A stretch of DNA of 64,000 nucleotides, from IMG/VR virus record IMGVR_UViG_3300026557_000003, positions 2,527 to 66,526 of that record, one strand, 5' to 3'. This document shows positions 9,036 through 19,463 of the stretch, piece after piece. The notes under the pieces were generated by a model. It had not been told where the DNA came from and did no database searches. It worked only from the letters and a program-made list of their open reading frames with translations. Both the position numbers and the translations under genes were made by a program. This DNA is from a virus. Each line of letters starts with the position of its first letter. Position 1 is the first letter of the stretch.

Positions 9036-9448
9036 ATCTTCAGGACATTATCAACAGCGTTCGATCTGAGGCGCGTAAACTCCGCAGCACAATCACAAAT
9101 GGCGCTCATCCTGAGACACTGAAACAGCATTTCGACACCATTGAATCGCATTTGCAGGAAATGGAGCATCCCGGCCCGGCCATCGTGGGAATCACACTGG
9201 AACGCGCTGTAGAGATACTCAACGAGCGTCAGTATGAAAACTGCGAGTGGGAACGAAGCACAGGTGGTGTCGTGGGCACTCGATTGAGCGCGGGAGTGTT
9301 TGATGAGTTGAGTGTGTTTGCGGCCATTGCTGTTGCTGAAAAACTCGAACGCGAAAACGAGCCGATTCCTGAAACGGCAATTCCAGTAGAAAAACCTGTC
9401 GTGGTTGAACCTGTTCCCGTCACCGAAAAACTCTCAGGGGAATCATAA
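9032..9448 (+). CDS. Hypothetical protein
   Basis: ATGA overlap. Confidence 0.6.
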   Translation: MNLQDIINSVRSEARKLRSTITNGAHPETLKQHFDTIESHLQEMEHPGPAIVGITLERAVEILNERQYENCEWERSTGGVVGTRLSAGVFDELSVFAAIAVAEKLERENEPIPETAIPVEKPVVVEPVPVTEKLSGES

Positions 9449-9630
9449 TGGCATCTGGGAAATCGCTAATTAAAACCGAACCGTCACGTGCTCGAAGACC
9501 TCTTGTGATGCGAGTCATTAGACCATCCCTGGAGGATCCAAAGAAATCCGTGGCCGTCTCGACCGTTTATAATCCCGAATATGTGATGTTGAAAACCGGA
9601 TCGATTCAAAGGAATCCTAACAAGCAATGA
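9448..9630 (+). CDS. Hypothetical protein
   Basis: TAATG and ATGA overlaps. Confidence 0.5.
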   Translation: MASGKSLIKTEPSRARRPLVMRVIRPSLEDPKKSVAVSTVYNPEYVMLKTGSIQRNPNKQ

Positions 9631-9998
9631 AATACTACGAATCCCTCGGTTTCCTTGCCATATTCGGTCTCGCCCGCTCAAAACAAGACAGGATACTTGC
9701 ACTTGAAGATGAACTGCGGGCCGAGCGTGTTGGCCGCGGACTTGACCGCCAGGAATGGACAAAAGAGCGGAATTCGCTTATAGATGTGATCTTGCGGAAG
9801 AACGGAGCGGCGCCGATTCACACAAAACCAGTGATTCAGCCCGAGGTAAAGCAGCACGGCCGGGGTCTGAGCATTGTCGAAGAGCGGCGGCTGGATTTAC
9901 AGAACCAGATGCGACAGGCTTCGGTTGAACAAGAGAAATCAGATTTAGAAAGTTACGGTAGCAAGATTCAAGAGATTCTAGCGGAGGAGTTTCAATAA
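9627..9998 (+). CDS. Coiled-coil protein with hydrophobic N-terminus
   Basis: SLGFLAIFGLA followed by a coiled coil; pre-portal position. Confidence 0.6.
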   Translation: MKYYESLGFLAIFGLARSKQDRILALEDELRAERVGRGLDRQEWTKERNSLIDVILRKNGAAPIHTKPVIQPEVKQHGRGLSIVEERRLDLQNQMRQASVEQEKSDLESYGSKIQEILAEEFQ

Positions 9999-10183
9999 TG
10001 AGTGAAAAACTACTTGATGAGAATCTAGCCGGACGGTCATTTGATCGTGACGGACAACGCCAATTATTCTCGGAAATCTTCGCGGCCGGCATTCCCGCAT
10101 TCAATGAGAACGGCGAAGGCGTCATTTTACCGGGAATCCTGGTAAAACCGGAAGAAATCGATCCGGACCCAATGTTTGACTAA
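9998..10183 (+). CDS. Hypothetical protein
   Basis: TAATG coupling, GGAGG RBS. Confidence 0.55.
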   Translation: MSEKLLDENLAGRSFDRDGQRQLFSEIFAAGIPAFNENGEGVILPGILVKPEEIDPDPMFD

Positions 10184-10207
10184 AACCTGATTCGGAGTTA
10201 GACAAGG

Positions 10208-12955
10208 ATGTCGACACCGCCCAATAATTTGCCAAAGGACGGCGCGCACGGTGCAGAACTGCTGCCGTCCGATGAATATACGCGCCACACGCAGCGACAA
10301 CTCGTAAAGAAGACAAAGAACCGTCGTAACCCCAAAAATTGGGCGATGGAGTTATTCGCAGCCGTCAATAACAACTACATCGGCGAGCGCTGGCCGCGCG
10401 TCCTGAAGATGCAGGAATCCCGGAGATTCACTCGTGGCGAACAGCAACTGGCGATCGATCGCCAATCTGGAATCTGCGAAAACATCCTTACGACTCCGAA
10501 TAGTGAAGGCAAGTTTATTAGTGCCGACGAAGAATCGGCGTTGCTCACAACTGACCACGTAAGTCCGGCTGTGCGCGCGGGATTAAAGGAAATTACGGCC
10601 AGCAATCCCGAATTCAAAGCTGGAGCGCGCGCAAAGAACCCAAAACCTGAACAGCGAGCACGGGCGCGGGTTGCCCAAGCTTACATGGATTTCGACGCCG
10701 CGATTCATTCCAAACCGTCTGTCCGGCAGGACGAAGCTCTGTTTCAGTTGGTCTGTGGCGAATGGTATAAAGAAACCTATTACGACCAGAATGCCGGCGG
10801 TCTGATGGACATTACGGATTACGCGATTGTTCCTGGCGTGCCCGAATCCTGGCAGTACCAATGTACAAACTGTCCGCAAGCAGGCGATGTCAGTGACCTG
10901 GTGGACCAAAGTGGAGCGCCTCCAGCCGTTCAATCGCAATACGGGCAACCAGTGGTCAATTCCCAATGTCCCCAGTGCGGTTCAACGCAATTGGCGGCCT
11001 CAAACACACCCGCAACGCCGCCGATGAAGATTCCGAATGGTAGCCACAAAGAACAGGTCGGTCAGCCAGTAAGTCGATTATTTCCACCTGAAGGCGTTGT
11101 TCTCGAATTCACGGCTCGAACGGTTCCGGAGAGTACGTTTTTTTACACTGAAGACCTGATGAGCCGAGCAGTTCTCGAAGCAATGTATCCGTGGGCTGAC
11201 ATTCCAAGTTCGCCACCATCACCTGTTCTCGTTTTGCAGTATCAACTCGCCCGCGCAACTGGCTCGAACAGCATTCCGGGTTATCAAGGCTATGGGGCAT
11301 CTGGGTATTCTGGACCGTTCGAAAAACTCAGACGCGAACGCCTCTGGCTTGACCCGCCGATGTTTCAGGACATCGAGATTGATCAGGATATAATTCTCGG
11401 TGATCCGCAAAACCCGACCGATACGATTCCCGCGGGCACGAAACTCGGTGACAAGTTTAAAAAGGGATTGCGACTCTATAAAGTCGGTGATTGTATCCTC
11501 CAATGGTTTGACGAATCGAAGAACGGTCGTTGGGTTTCCTGTGGGTACACCAAAAACATTGACGGTTTCCACTGTGACGGAATGGTTGAGCGAATAGTTC
11601 AGCCTCAGAAACGTTACAACGCGCTGGATACCTTGTCGATGAACAGTGATATGACGTGCAGCGTGCCAATAATCCTTGGCAAACGAAGCTCGTTCGATAT
11701 GTCGAAGATGGAAAATCAGCCGGGCTTCAATGCGGTTTACGTTGAAGAGGCTTTCACGGGCGAGGATGTCAATAAGGCGTTCGTCGTTATTCCGGCCTTG
11801 GACGTGTCGGAGCGGGTAAATGAAGACAAGCGAGGAATCGCTGCTGAAATAGAATACATCTCTGGAATGAAAGCTCAGATTCAGGGAACACACGATCCAT
11901 CGGTAAAGACATTTGGCGAGGCTGCGATGGAGCGCCAGCAACAGGTCGGATTACTCGCTCCGCCGTGTGACCTGCGAGCCGAGGCAGAGTCGACGCGAAT
12001 GTATCAGATGCTTGAACTGCGAAGAAAATATTACGTCAAAGGACAAGACGATTTTCTGGGTGAGTTTGAGGACTTCGAAATCAAGGCGTTTACTGATCTG
12101 AACTATGATATGGCGAAGGAAATCGAGATAACCTATGCGCCTGGCTCGCATATTCCGCGCACGCAACAAGACGTAAAGATGGACCTGATGACGCTCGCTG
12201 GCTTTGGTGGCGTTGCCGGTGGTGCGTTCAATAGTCAGGTCTGGGGTCCAAAGATTCAGGAAATCATCTTCGAAGCGTTCAATAATCCATACAATGTCGA
12301 TCAGATTGAGCCGACGAAGCGCAATGCCGAAAAGCGGTTGCAGAAACTTCAGCAGTTTATATTCACGGTCCTGGCGCGGTCGTTTGACATTACTCAGCCA
12401 GTTCCTGATCCACAAATGCAACCAGTCGGCCCACCCGATCAGAACGGACAACCGACAACAGCCCCGACTAATAAAAAGTACGCAGCTTATCAGGCATTGG
12501 TTCAGGAAACGGTTGCCAGAATCAATTTCCAAGGCGACACCGACAACCACGCGGTTTATGTTGCGACCTACACCGATTGGATGCAAACTGATGACGGGGA
12601 ATCTGGCCCGATCTTCATTCAGCAATGTGTTTTAGGTCTGAGACAGCGACACGTTGACGCGATTACACAGGCACAGGATCAGGCACAGCAGAAACAAATG
12701 CAACAGCAGGTTCAACAGGGAATGATCGAAAAAGCTGGCGATGTGATGGATCAGGCAATGAAATCTGACACTGAGCTTGAAAAAGCCAAACTCGATCACG
12801 GTCACGGTGCCGCCAGCCAGGCGGCCGAACAGGCACATGCCGAAACGATGGCGGCGATGCAGCACGGTCACGATCAAGCAATGGCCAGCCAGCAACAAGG
12901 GCACGAACAACAGATGGCTGAGGCCGAACCCGATGCAGACGATTCAGGTGGCTAG
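10208..12955 (+). CDS. Portal protein (P22-like) with CxxC/CxxC insertion and Gln/His-rich tail
   Basis: 915 aa between TerL and scaffold; helical C-terminal barrel-like Gln-rich region; CTNC and CPQC pairs. Confidence 0.8.
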   Translation: MSTPPNNLPKDGAHGAELLPSDEYTRHTQRQLVKKTKNRRNPKNWAMELFAAVNNNYIGERWPRVLKMQESRRFTRGEQQLAIDRQSGICENILTTPNSEGKFISADEESALLTTDHVSPAVRAGLKEITASNPEFKAGARAKNPKPEQRARARVAQAYMDFDAAIHSKPSVRQDEALFQLVCGEWYKETYYDQNAGGLMDITDYAIVPGVPESWQYQCTNCPQAGDVSDLVDQSGAPPAVQSQYGQPVVNSQCPQCGSTQLAASNTPATPPMKIPNGSHKEQVGQPVSRLFPPEGVVLEFTARTVPESTFFYTEDLMSRAVLEAMYPWADIPSSPPSPVLVLQYQLARATGSNSIPGYQGYGASGYSGPFEKLRRERLWLDPPMFQDIEIDQDIILGDPQNPTDTIPAGTKLGDKFKKGLRLYKVGDCILQWFDESKNGRWVSCGYTKNIDGFHCDGMVERIVQPQKRYNALDTLSMNSDMTCSVPIILGKRSSFDMSKMENQPGFNAVYVEEAFTGEDVNKAFVVIPALDVSERVNEDKRGIAAEIEYISGMKAQIQGTHDPSVKTFGEAAMERQQQVGLLAPPCDLRAEAESTRMYQMLELRRKYYVKGQDDFLGEFEDFEIKAFTDLNYDMAKEIEITYAPGSHIPRTQQDVKMDLMTLAGFGGVAGGAFNSQVWGPKIQEIIFEAFNNPYNVDQIEPTKRNAEKRLQKLQQFIFTVLARSFDITQPVPDPQMQPVGPPDQNGQPTTAPTNKKYAAYQALVQETVARINFQGDTDNHAVYVATYTDWMQTDDGESGPIFIQQCVLGLRQRHVDAITQAQDQAQQKQMQQQVQQGMIEKAGDVMDQAMKSDTELEKAKLDHGHGAASQAAEQAHAETMAAMQHGHDQAMASQQQGHEQQMAEAEPDADDSGG

Positions 12956-12989
12956 ATGTCCCCTTTCGCCCCACTCTTATAAAAATCTG

Positions 12990-13018
12990 TTGACTTAACG
13001 GTTTAACTGTACGATTAT
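12990..13018 (+). promoter_or_regulatory. Possible sigma70-like promoter for scaffold/capsid
   Basis: TTGACT-17 bp-GATTAT in the intergenic gap. Confidence 0.4.
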
Positions 13019-13119
13019 CCCTCACATAGCAAGGTCTCAACCAATTCCAATCGTCTTACGGTGTTTCGAGAGCCAACTCTGTAACAATGGACGCCGCAGA
13101 CGAGCCAAGATGAGACTGA

Positions 13120-14493
13120 ATGAACCTTGATGAAACTACAGCCGTAGCGAACCGTGATTCGCAGGCGCTTACAACGCCGGCCTCGACTAGCCAAGCCTTA
13201 AGTACCCCTGACAGTGGGTCATCTGTCATCACCGCCGATCAAGCAGCTATCAACCTATCACCCGAAGAGATTCAAAAACTTCCGGTTCCACAATTCAGGA
13301 AGCAATACGATCTTGTCAAAGGTGAGGCAGCTCAGTGGAAAGCAAAGCACGATGAACTAGCTATTCAACTTGGCGAGTTTACCGAGATTGCCGAATGGGT
13401 TGACGAAGCCGGGGGTAAACCTTACCTTCAGCAAGCGGCGGAAGTATCGAACCTGATGACCAATTCGGACGCCTGGCAGCAACGCGCGGGTGAACCCGAT
13501 GATGTCTATGGACGGCGCAGATATGCGTCACTCCAAAAACTGTTCGATCAAATGTACGCGATCAGTCCGACTAACGCGCCAACAATGGTAGCCGCCACAA
13601 GCGACTATTATGGGCAGGCGAGTTATAAAATCTTCATTGATACCTTCTTTGGTGCTCCACCAACCGATGCGCAACTGGAAGCCCATCACGCTTTTGTTGC
13701 CAACGGTTATCAACTTCAGGCCGCTCCGACGACCGACTCCGATGTCCTTCCGCCGTATTGCTATGCAATGGATGAGTACGGACAGAAGGTCGAAATCCCG
13801 GAAAACGTTGCGTATTTCCGCTCAGAAAAACGCAGGGAACAACGGGAGAAACAAAAGGAACAGCAGGAAAAGCAGGCGCTGAAAAAGCAGGTGGAGAGCC
13901 TGTCTAACGGTCAGGTCAAAAAGACTGAAGTTGACAAGCAGGCCGAAGGTGCTGGTCGCGAACAGAAGTTTAGAGAGCAGGTCTTGTCACCGGTTGACGA
14001 GATAGTGTCGAAAATCTATCCGACTAAAACGCTGCAGACCGAAGGTAAGATGCGGCAGTTACGGTCGTGGATTGATTCACACATTAAAGAAACCGTCGGT
14101 GACGAACTGGATAAGCAATTGGCAAACGCGCGCGCTGGCGGCGGACAGGCGCTTATCGCAGAAGGCAAACTCTCAAGGCTTCAAGCAAAAATAAGGCTTG
14201 GGGCTGGTGAAATCGCTGCTAAATGGTGCAATATCGAAAACATCGATAGCGACGTGATCCAGGCTCAATTAACCACGGTCAAAACGGCAAACGCGGAACC
14301 GTCAACCCAGGCGGGGCTTTCCAATACCGTTCCATCGCGACCGGATCGAAAGGCGGTCGATGCGAGCGGAAAACGTCTTTATGAGGATGGATATAGTAAG
14401 AAATGGGTCGAGGATGCCTCTGCTCATCGACAGAAGTATATGCACCTGTATCCGAACGAGAAAGCCTATATGGACGCGACAACCCAGCGTTAG
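13120..14493 (+). CDS. Scaffolding protein (putative)
   Basis: Low-complexity N-terminus, charged coiled coils, position between portal and capsid. Confidence 0.7.
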   Translation: MNLDETTAVANRDSQALTTPASTSQALSTPDSGSSVITADQAAINLSPEEIQKLPVPQFRKQYDLVKGEAAQWKAKHDELAIQLGEFTEIAEWVDEAGGKPYLQQAAEVSNLMTNSDAWQQRAGEPDDVYGRRRYASLQKLFDQMYAISPTNAPTMVAATSDYYGQASYKIFIDTFFGAPPTDAQLEAHHAFVANGYQLQAAPTTDSDVLPPYCYAMDEYGQKVEIPENVAYFRSEKRREQREKQKEQQEKQALKKQVESLSNGQVKKTEVDKQAEGAGREQKFREQVLSPVDEIVSKIYPTKTLQTEGKMRQLRSWIDSHIKETVGDELDKQLANARAGGGQALIAEGKLSRLQAKIRLGAGEIAAKWCNIENIDSDVIQAQLTTVKTANAEPSTQAGLSNTVPSRPDRKAVDASGKRLYEDGYSKKWVEDASAHRQKYMHLYPNEKAYMDATTQR

Positions 14494-14545
14494 CGTAGAC
14501 GGTCGGACACGGAAGTCCGGGCGGCGATAACAAGGATGTTTCATT

Positions 14546-15814
14546 ATGGCAGTTGACTCAACGGCGATTACGCCGATAACCCTCGAAGAGGTTCAGATGG
14601 AGGTTCGCAATCAGGCGAACGAATCCAGCCACACCTATCCAAAGTTCAAAGACTCAGACCGTAGACCTGTAAACGTCCGCGGCACGTTCATCCCAATGCT
14701 GATGAGACTCAACGGCACTCTTGGCGGCGGCGCTGAAGGTGGCCAATACGCTGACCCTGGTGGAAGTGAATGGGCGCGCGCCACAGCGACCTACAAACGG
14801 TTCTGGATGGCATCGCTGTTCACAAATGACGCGCTCGAATCGACCGATATGATGGTCCAGCAGACACTCCAGAACTCGATGATCAACGATGCCGCAGCAA
14901 TTGCGGTCCAGCGCGACATTATGATTTTTGGTGATGGCACGGGCACGAGAGCCACGGTTCTGAGCGTCTCTGGCGCTTCTGTGACGTTCACTGATCCGAT
15001 GGGCAATTCGCTATTCCTGAAGGGCGGCAAGTTTGAATTCCGTTCGCCTTCTGGAACTCTGCGAGTCGGTGTCACCTATTACAAATGCACAAGCACGACC
15101 GCCGGCAACGTCGCGGGATTTGACAACAACATCGACGGTTCGGTCATCGCTGGCGATATAATGATCTACAAAGGGATGTATAACCTGGAGTATTTCGGGC
15201 TTGCTTATCACGTCAACAGTTCGACGGCCCGCACCTATCAGGGAATCGACACCTCGACTGTTCCGGCGAGTTATCTGCCGCGAACCGAAGATGCGCTCGG
15301 CAAAATGCTCAATATCTCGTTGATGCAGCGCAACAAGAAAGCGCTGACCTACAAGAAGGGTGTCGACGCAAAAGTGCCGCCGTGCTATTGGTTCTTCCCG
15401 ACCGCCCAGTGTGATGCTTACCTGGCGCTTGGTCAGACCCTTGGTGCAAACGTCTCGTCGTTGAAACGATTTGGCGCTGGTGATGCCAATTTCGATCCTC
15501 AATTTCAGACGATTTCCTATGCCGGTGAACTGATCGACGAAGACGAGAAACAGCCAGCCGATACTGTTTACTACACTCACGAGGGGCTGTTACAGCGGTA
15601 TCCCCTACGCGAGTTGGGACTGCAAAGACGTGGCGCTGACGCCGAAGGTCTGATGCTGATCCCCGGTTTCGACAATACCGGCGCTGGTAACTGGTTCGAC
15701 AAGTCACAGTACGTCAATATCTGGAAGGAAGACTTCGGATCGGCCGCGCCTTCGCGAGCCGTGAAGATTTTCAATCTCGGATTTGCAGGACTGCCGATTC
15801 CTTCACAGGTATAA
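14546..15814 (+). CDS. Major capsid protein
   Basis: 422 aa after scaffold; internal beta insertion and terminal strand pattern typical of HK97-fold podovirus coats; synteny. Confidence 0.8.
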   Translation: MAVDSTAITPITLEEVQMEVRNQANESSHTYPKFKDSDRRPVNVRGTFIPMLMRLNGTLGGGAEGGQYADPGGSEWARATATYKRFWMASLFTNDALESTDMMVQQTLQNSMINDAAAIAVQRDIMIFGDGTGTRATVLSVSGASVTFTDPMGNSLFLKGGKFEFRSPSGTLRVGVTYYKCTSTTAGNVAGFDNNIDGSVIAGDIMIYKGMYNLEYFGLAYHVNSSTARTYQGIDTSTVPASYLPRTEDALGKMLNISLMQRNKKALTYKKGVDAKVPPCYWFFPTAQCDAYLALGQTLGANVSSLKRFGAGDANFDPQFQTISYAGELIDEDEKQPADTVYYTHEGLLQRYPLRELGLQRRGADAEGLMLIPGFDNTGAGNWFDKSQYVNIWKEDFGSAAPSRAVKIFNLGFAGLPIPSQV

Positions 15815-16624
15815 ATGGTCAACGCGATCGCACAATACGAGGCAGAGCTCCACCGGTTACGGAATCAACCGCGACCGTATCTGCCTCCGTGGTTTCAACC
15901 TGAGTTAACCCGGATCGGAGGGATTGACAGTCTCTCCGGTCAGCCTTTACGCAAAATAGTCTGGGGTCAATCTGTCGAAGCTATGAAAATGGCGCTCAAA
16001 GACAAACACGTAAACGACCTGATTGTCGATCTCGATAACCAAAAAGAGGGATTGTTCGCGTTCAAACAAGCGCCAGTTGAGATCGAATGGCGACCAAAAT
16101 ATCCCGGCTACCTAGCGGAACAGACTTTCAGAGTTACCGATGACGAGTTATTGATCGAACAGGTGGTCCATCGGGCCGAGATGATTCCGCGTGATCGATA
16201 CTATATCGAGAAATTCATTCCGGTGTCGAAGATACCGCGGGATGTCTGGGAAATCGAATGGCGGTTCTATGTCGATCCTGAAACTGGTATCAAGGAAGAT
16301 GTGATGGGGCCGTTTCCGATAGATGGGCAGTACGTCGAATGGATGTGCCTGGAAAATCCACAGACCAAAGAGATGTGGGAGCCAAACCGGCTCGTCCTTG
16401 AAGAAGTGGCGCGTAAGTTAGACTGGGAGCACCGATTCGATTCAATGTCGCCGCGTCAGTTATTGAAACTGAAACACAGTATTGAGAAATCTCAGCAAGA
16501 ACAGCGAGACCTGCGTTGCATTGAAAGATTGTCCCGGATTATGAAAGAGCATCATCGCAGACGAACAACGACGACTGTTAACGTCCTGACCGACCGCTGC
16601 GCATCGTCAATAGTCACCCTATAA
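15815..16624 (+). CDS. Hypothetical protein (post-capsid)
   Basis: Starts immediately after the capsid stop. Confidence 0.7.
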   Translation: MVNAIAQYEAELHRLRNQPRPYLPPWFQPELTRIGGIDSLSGQPLRKIVWGQSVEAMKMALKDKHVNDLIVDLDNQKEGLFAFKQAPVEIEWRPKYPGYLAEQTFRVTDDELLIEQVVHRAEMIPRDRYYIEKFIPVSKIPRDVWEIEWRFYVDPETGIKEDVMGPFPIDGQYVEWMCLENPQTKEMWEPNRLVLEEVARKLDWEHRFDSMSPRQLLKLKHSIEKSQQEQRDLRCIERLSRIMKEHHRRRTTTTVNVLTDRCASSIVTL

Positions 16625-16633
16625 AGGAAAAAT

Positions 16634-17695
16634 ATGAGTTCACAGTTGTTAGATTTCACACCGAAGCCCCGACCGGGAGTCTACTCGGACACTCAGCAAG
16701 TGGTTATCGAGGATGCCCGCACACGCTATCTATACCTTGCGTTTAATCCGCAGGTTGGCGGCGTACTCGACATTCGGGAATTGAAGTGTTACGCGACGAA
16801 AATACCCCAGCGATTCATAACGCTGATCGCCCGGCATTCGTATCCTGATTATTCGCTGAGACCGGAAGAGCTCGAAAGCTATATGGCGGCTTCCGAGATG
16901 GATCCAGTCGGTTTCCACTGGCGGCCAAAGGCGATCCTACCCCAGGTGCAGGACATACTCAGACAGTACCGGACACTAAAGATGGTGGAACTTCAGACGC
17001 CGCTCAAATACGGTGTTCAGCATCTTCCGATGGGCTGGACGATGGAGCATTCAGTTAGTCTGATCAACGAGATTATCCATTTTCCTGTCAACGGCGAATC
17101 GGTTGATGAACTTCCCTACGAAGAATTTGGTCGTCATTTGTCGGCCGAAGTGCCGCGCCGTCTAAATCTAGCCGTCAGCCGTGAGTGCGTACCCGATCCG
17201 CAAGGTGAGAAGACGCGATTGCCGGAGAAGCTGAAAACAATTGGTTTGGAAATCATTGAAGAGTTGATTAACGCTCTTGACGGTTCTCGTGCATACGCTG
17301 AGAGCGAAATCAAAGCAGCGATAAAAGAGATTGATGGAAGGGGCAAGGATCAGCAGGGTCAGGGTGCAATAGATGACACCCAGGCGCGGTGTTTCTGGTT
17401 TCTGGGCAAACCGACACCGGTTGAACGTCAAATGGAATTTGGCCGCGAAGATAAAGGCTCAATGTTTCAGGATGTTATCGGAACGATACGTGATGGTTTT
17501 AGCAACCTGAGAGGCAATGCACCGGTCGTTGAGGTCGTCGAGGATGAAGAGAAGAAGCAAAAGGACGCTATGGAGATGGCTCGTCAGATGGCAAAAATGG
17601 CAATGGAAGAGCTTTTGGCGAGCGGTGAATACGTCAAGGCTCAGCCAAAACCGGCAGCGCCGACACAGCCAAATAAACCGCAGTCAGGTAAATAA
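16634..17695 (+). CDS. Hypothetical protein
   Basis: AAGGA RBS; 353 aa in the virion operon. Confidence 0.7.
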   Translation: MSSQLLDFTPKPRPGVYSDTQQVVIEDARTRYLYLAFNPQVGGVLDIRELKCYATKIPQRFITLIARHSYPDYSLRPEELESYMAASEMDPVGFHWRPKAILPQVQDILRQYRTLKMVELQTPLKYGVQHLPMGWTMEHSVSLINEIIHFPVNGESVDELPYEEFGRHLSAEVPRRLNLAVSRECVPDPQGEKTRLPEKLKTIGLEIIEELINALDGSRAYAESEIKAAIKEIDGRGKDQQGQGAIDDTQARCFWFLGKPTPVERQMEFGREDKGSMFQDVIGTIRDGFSNLRGNAPVVEVVEDEEKKQKDAMEMARQMAKMAMEELLASGEYVKAQPKPAAPTQPNKPQSGK

Positions 17696-18405
17696 TGGGT
17701 ACAGTTCCGCAATCAGCAATTGATAGTCGTGTCAGGCTGTGGCTTGGTAACATAACCGAAGTCCAGCTTCAGTCGACGATTTTGCACATGCATCGTGAAG
17801 ACGTGATGGCTTTTCACGTTGCGGAACTAGACCTATCTCATCAGAACCATCGGACTCAGAAGACAACCGTTAATCTGCAGATATGGAAACGCGATTATAC
17901 AATGCCTACGGCGTTTGCAAACCCGGTATTGGCCCGTATTAGATTTCCACAGTTCGGTCGGCGGAAATGTAACTGGATGCCCGTCGATATCGTCAATTTC
18001 GATATGATTCCGGAGCGTGAGAACTCAAACTATATGTCTTGCGGGTTTTTTGGGGCCGACAATCAGATGCGGCTCTCGTGGTCCCCGGAAACGATTGCCG
18101 AGATGGAGATTTACTATCAGAATCTGATGTTGCCAGATAAGCTAGCGACTTCGGCGATTCCGATAGCCGATGTTTTCGCCGGGATGACCACCGCCGAGAT
18201 TGCATTTAGATGCTTGCCGGCCGCAAAGATTCCAGATAGCGAGAAAGAGCAGTACAAAGAGGTCATAGTCGAGGCCCTTGAAGAGTGGAAACCGATCTTT
18301 AGCAAATTAATGAATCGTGCGCCTAACCAGTCGAGCCCAAGGCGCACCGCATTTGGGCGTGGTCGTTTTAACTTTGGGCCAGGAAGCGTAGGCTATTATG
18401 ACTAA
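17695..18405 (+). CDS. Head-tail adaptor-like virion protein
   Basis: N-terminal helix pair (IDSRVRLWLG), beta middle, C-terminal helices; synteny. Confidence 0.55.
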   Translation: MGTVPQSAIDSRVRLWLGNITEVQLQSTILHMHREDVMAFHVAELDLSHQNHRTQKTTVNLQIWKRDYTMPTAFANPVLARIRFPQFGRRKCNWMPVDIVNFDMIPERENSNYMSCGFFGADNQMRLSWSPETIAEMEIYYQNLMLPDKLATSAIPIADVFAGMTTAEIAFRCLPAAKIPDSEKEQYKEVIVEALEEWKPIFSKLMNRAPNQSSPRRTAFGRGRFNFGPGSVGYYD

Positions 18406-18425
18406 CGCTTTACTGGAGGTGACCC

Positions 18426-19115
18426 ATGCCTAACCCGACGGCAGACTTCACCGTTGCCCGTAATCTGGTTTATGAGCAGTTGAATACTGCGTCTGTCACT
18501 GCTGGTGTCTGGAATGAAAATGATGCGGCCGACCCAAGATGGCAGCAAGCCTCGATTGATGCCGGAATTGTGAACGCAGATTTCAGAGTCGCAACGATGA
18601 TCTGCAACACCGCTGGTCATCCGAAAGAGAACTACTACCAGGCGACTTCCGGAAATCTCAATTACGGCGATCCGACGCCAGTCGATATGATCGGTCCTGT
18701 TCGTGCGGTCAATATCAAAGGCGCTGATAACGTCACACGCCTTGGTCGCCCGACTGAGACCGACTGGATTGACTTCTTCAACGCAGACGCGGCAAAGACC
18801 TTTGGTGGTCCGGCTTTCACCGACAGGTATTATCAGTTGATCGACGGTCACGTGTACTTTAGCGGAACGTCTGCGCAACTCAAATACTGCACCGTTTCAC
18901 GTGGAACAGCTGCGGTTAATGGATTAATTTCACCCCCAGAGTTTATCGACACGATTATCCTTCTGGCGCTGTTATCGCCGCTGATGAAGGAACAGGATTT
19001 CATGGAAGCCGCCACGTTTTTCCAGAAACAGGCGGAGCTACACATTCAGATTATCACTGGCGGTGGCTCAATTGTGCCGCCTATCACTTTATTGCAACAA
19101 AGACAGGCAGCTTGA
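18426..19115 (+). CDS. Head-tail adaptor-like virion protein
   Basis: Same layout; ISPPEFIDTIILLA motif; GGAGG RBS. Confidence 0.55.
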   Translation: MPNPTADFTVARNLVYEQLNTASVTAGVWNENDAADPRWQQASIDAGIVNADFRVATMICNTAGHPKENYYQATSGNLNYGDPTPVDMIGPVRAVNIKGADNVTRLGRPTETDWIDFFNADAAKTFGGPAFTDRYYQLIDGHVYFSGTSAQLKYCTVSRGTAAVNGLISPPEFIDTIILLALLSPLMKEQDFMEAATFFQKQAELHIQIITGGGSIVPPITLLQQRQAA

Positions 19116-19128
19116 TAAGGAGTAGAAG

Positions 19129-19434
19129 ATGGGAATCACAGCGGGGGCTTTTGGAGAGCAAGATACAGTTACCGTCGCTCGGGTAGGTCAGACTGGGGGT
19201 ACGCCAGTTGCGCTTTGCACGGCGAAACCCAATCGCAAAATCCTGACTTTTAAAAATGAGGGTAGTGTAAAGGCGTGGATCGGCAAGGCCAGCACGATAA
19301 CCACCGCAGCGGGATCGTTCTCCATCGCAGTTGGAGCGGTGCAGAACTTCACGGGTGAGGACGCACAGGGAGCGTGGTGGCTTATCACCGATAGCGGCAC
19401 CTGTGATATTGCCGTAATCGAAGGTGTAGCTTAA
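19129..19434 (+). CDS. Small beta-rich virion/decoration protein
   Basis: RKILTFKNEG...WIG...GSFSIAVG pattern; TAAGGAG RBS. Confidence 0.6.
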   Translation: MGITAGAFGEQDTVTVARVGQTGGTPVALCTAKPNRKILTFKNEGSVKAWIGKASTITTAAGSFSIAVGAVQNFTGEDAQGAWWLITDSGTCDIAVIEGVA

Positions 19435-19463
19435 TTCGCGGTCAGAAAAGGGAGTGAAACAAA

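Noticed and set aside
11219-12625. Long minus-strand ORFs inside the portal (also 34622-35305 and 35614-36312)
   Set aside because: Partial shadow ORFs of strongly coding genes, with no RBS or boundary logic, unlike the HNH-bridging ORFs.
14494-14545. Small hairpin GGAC-acggaa-GTCC before the capsid gene
   Set aside because: Too short to distinguish from chance.
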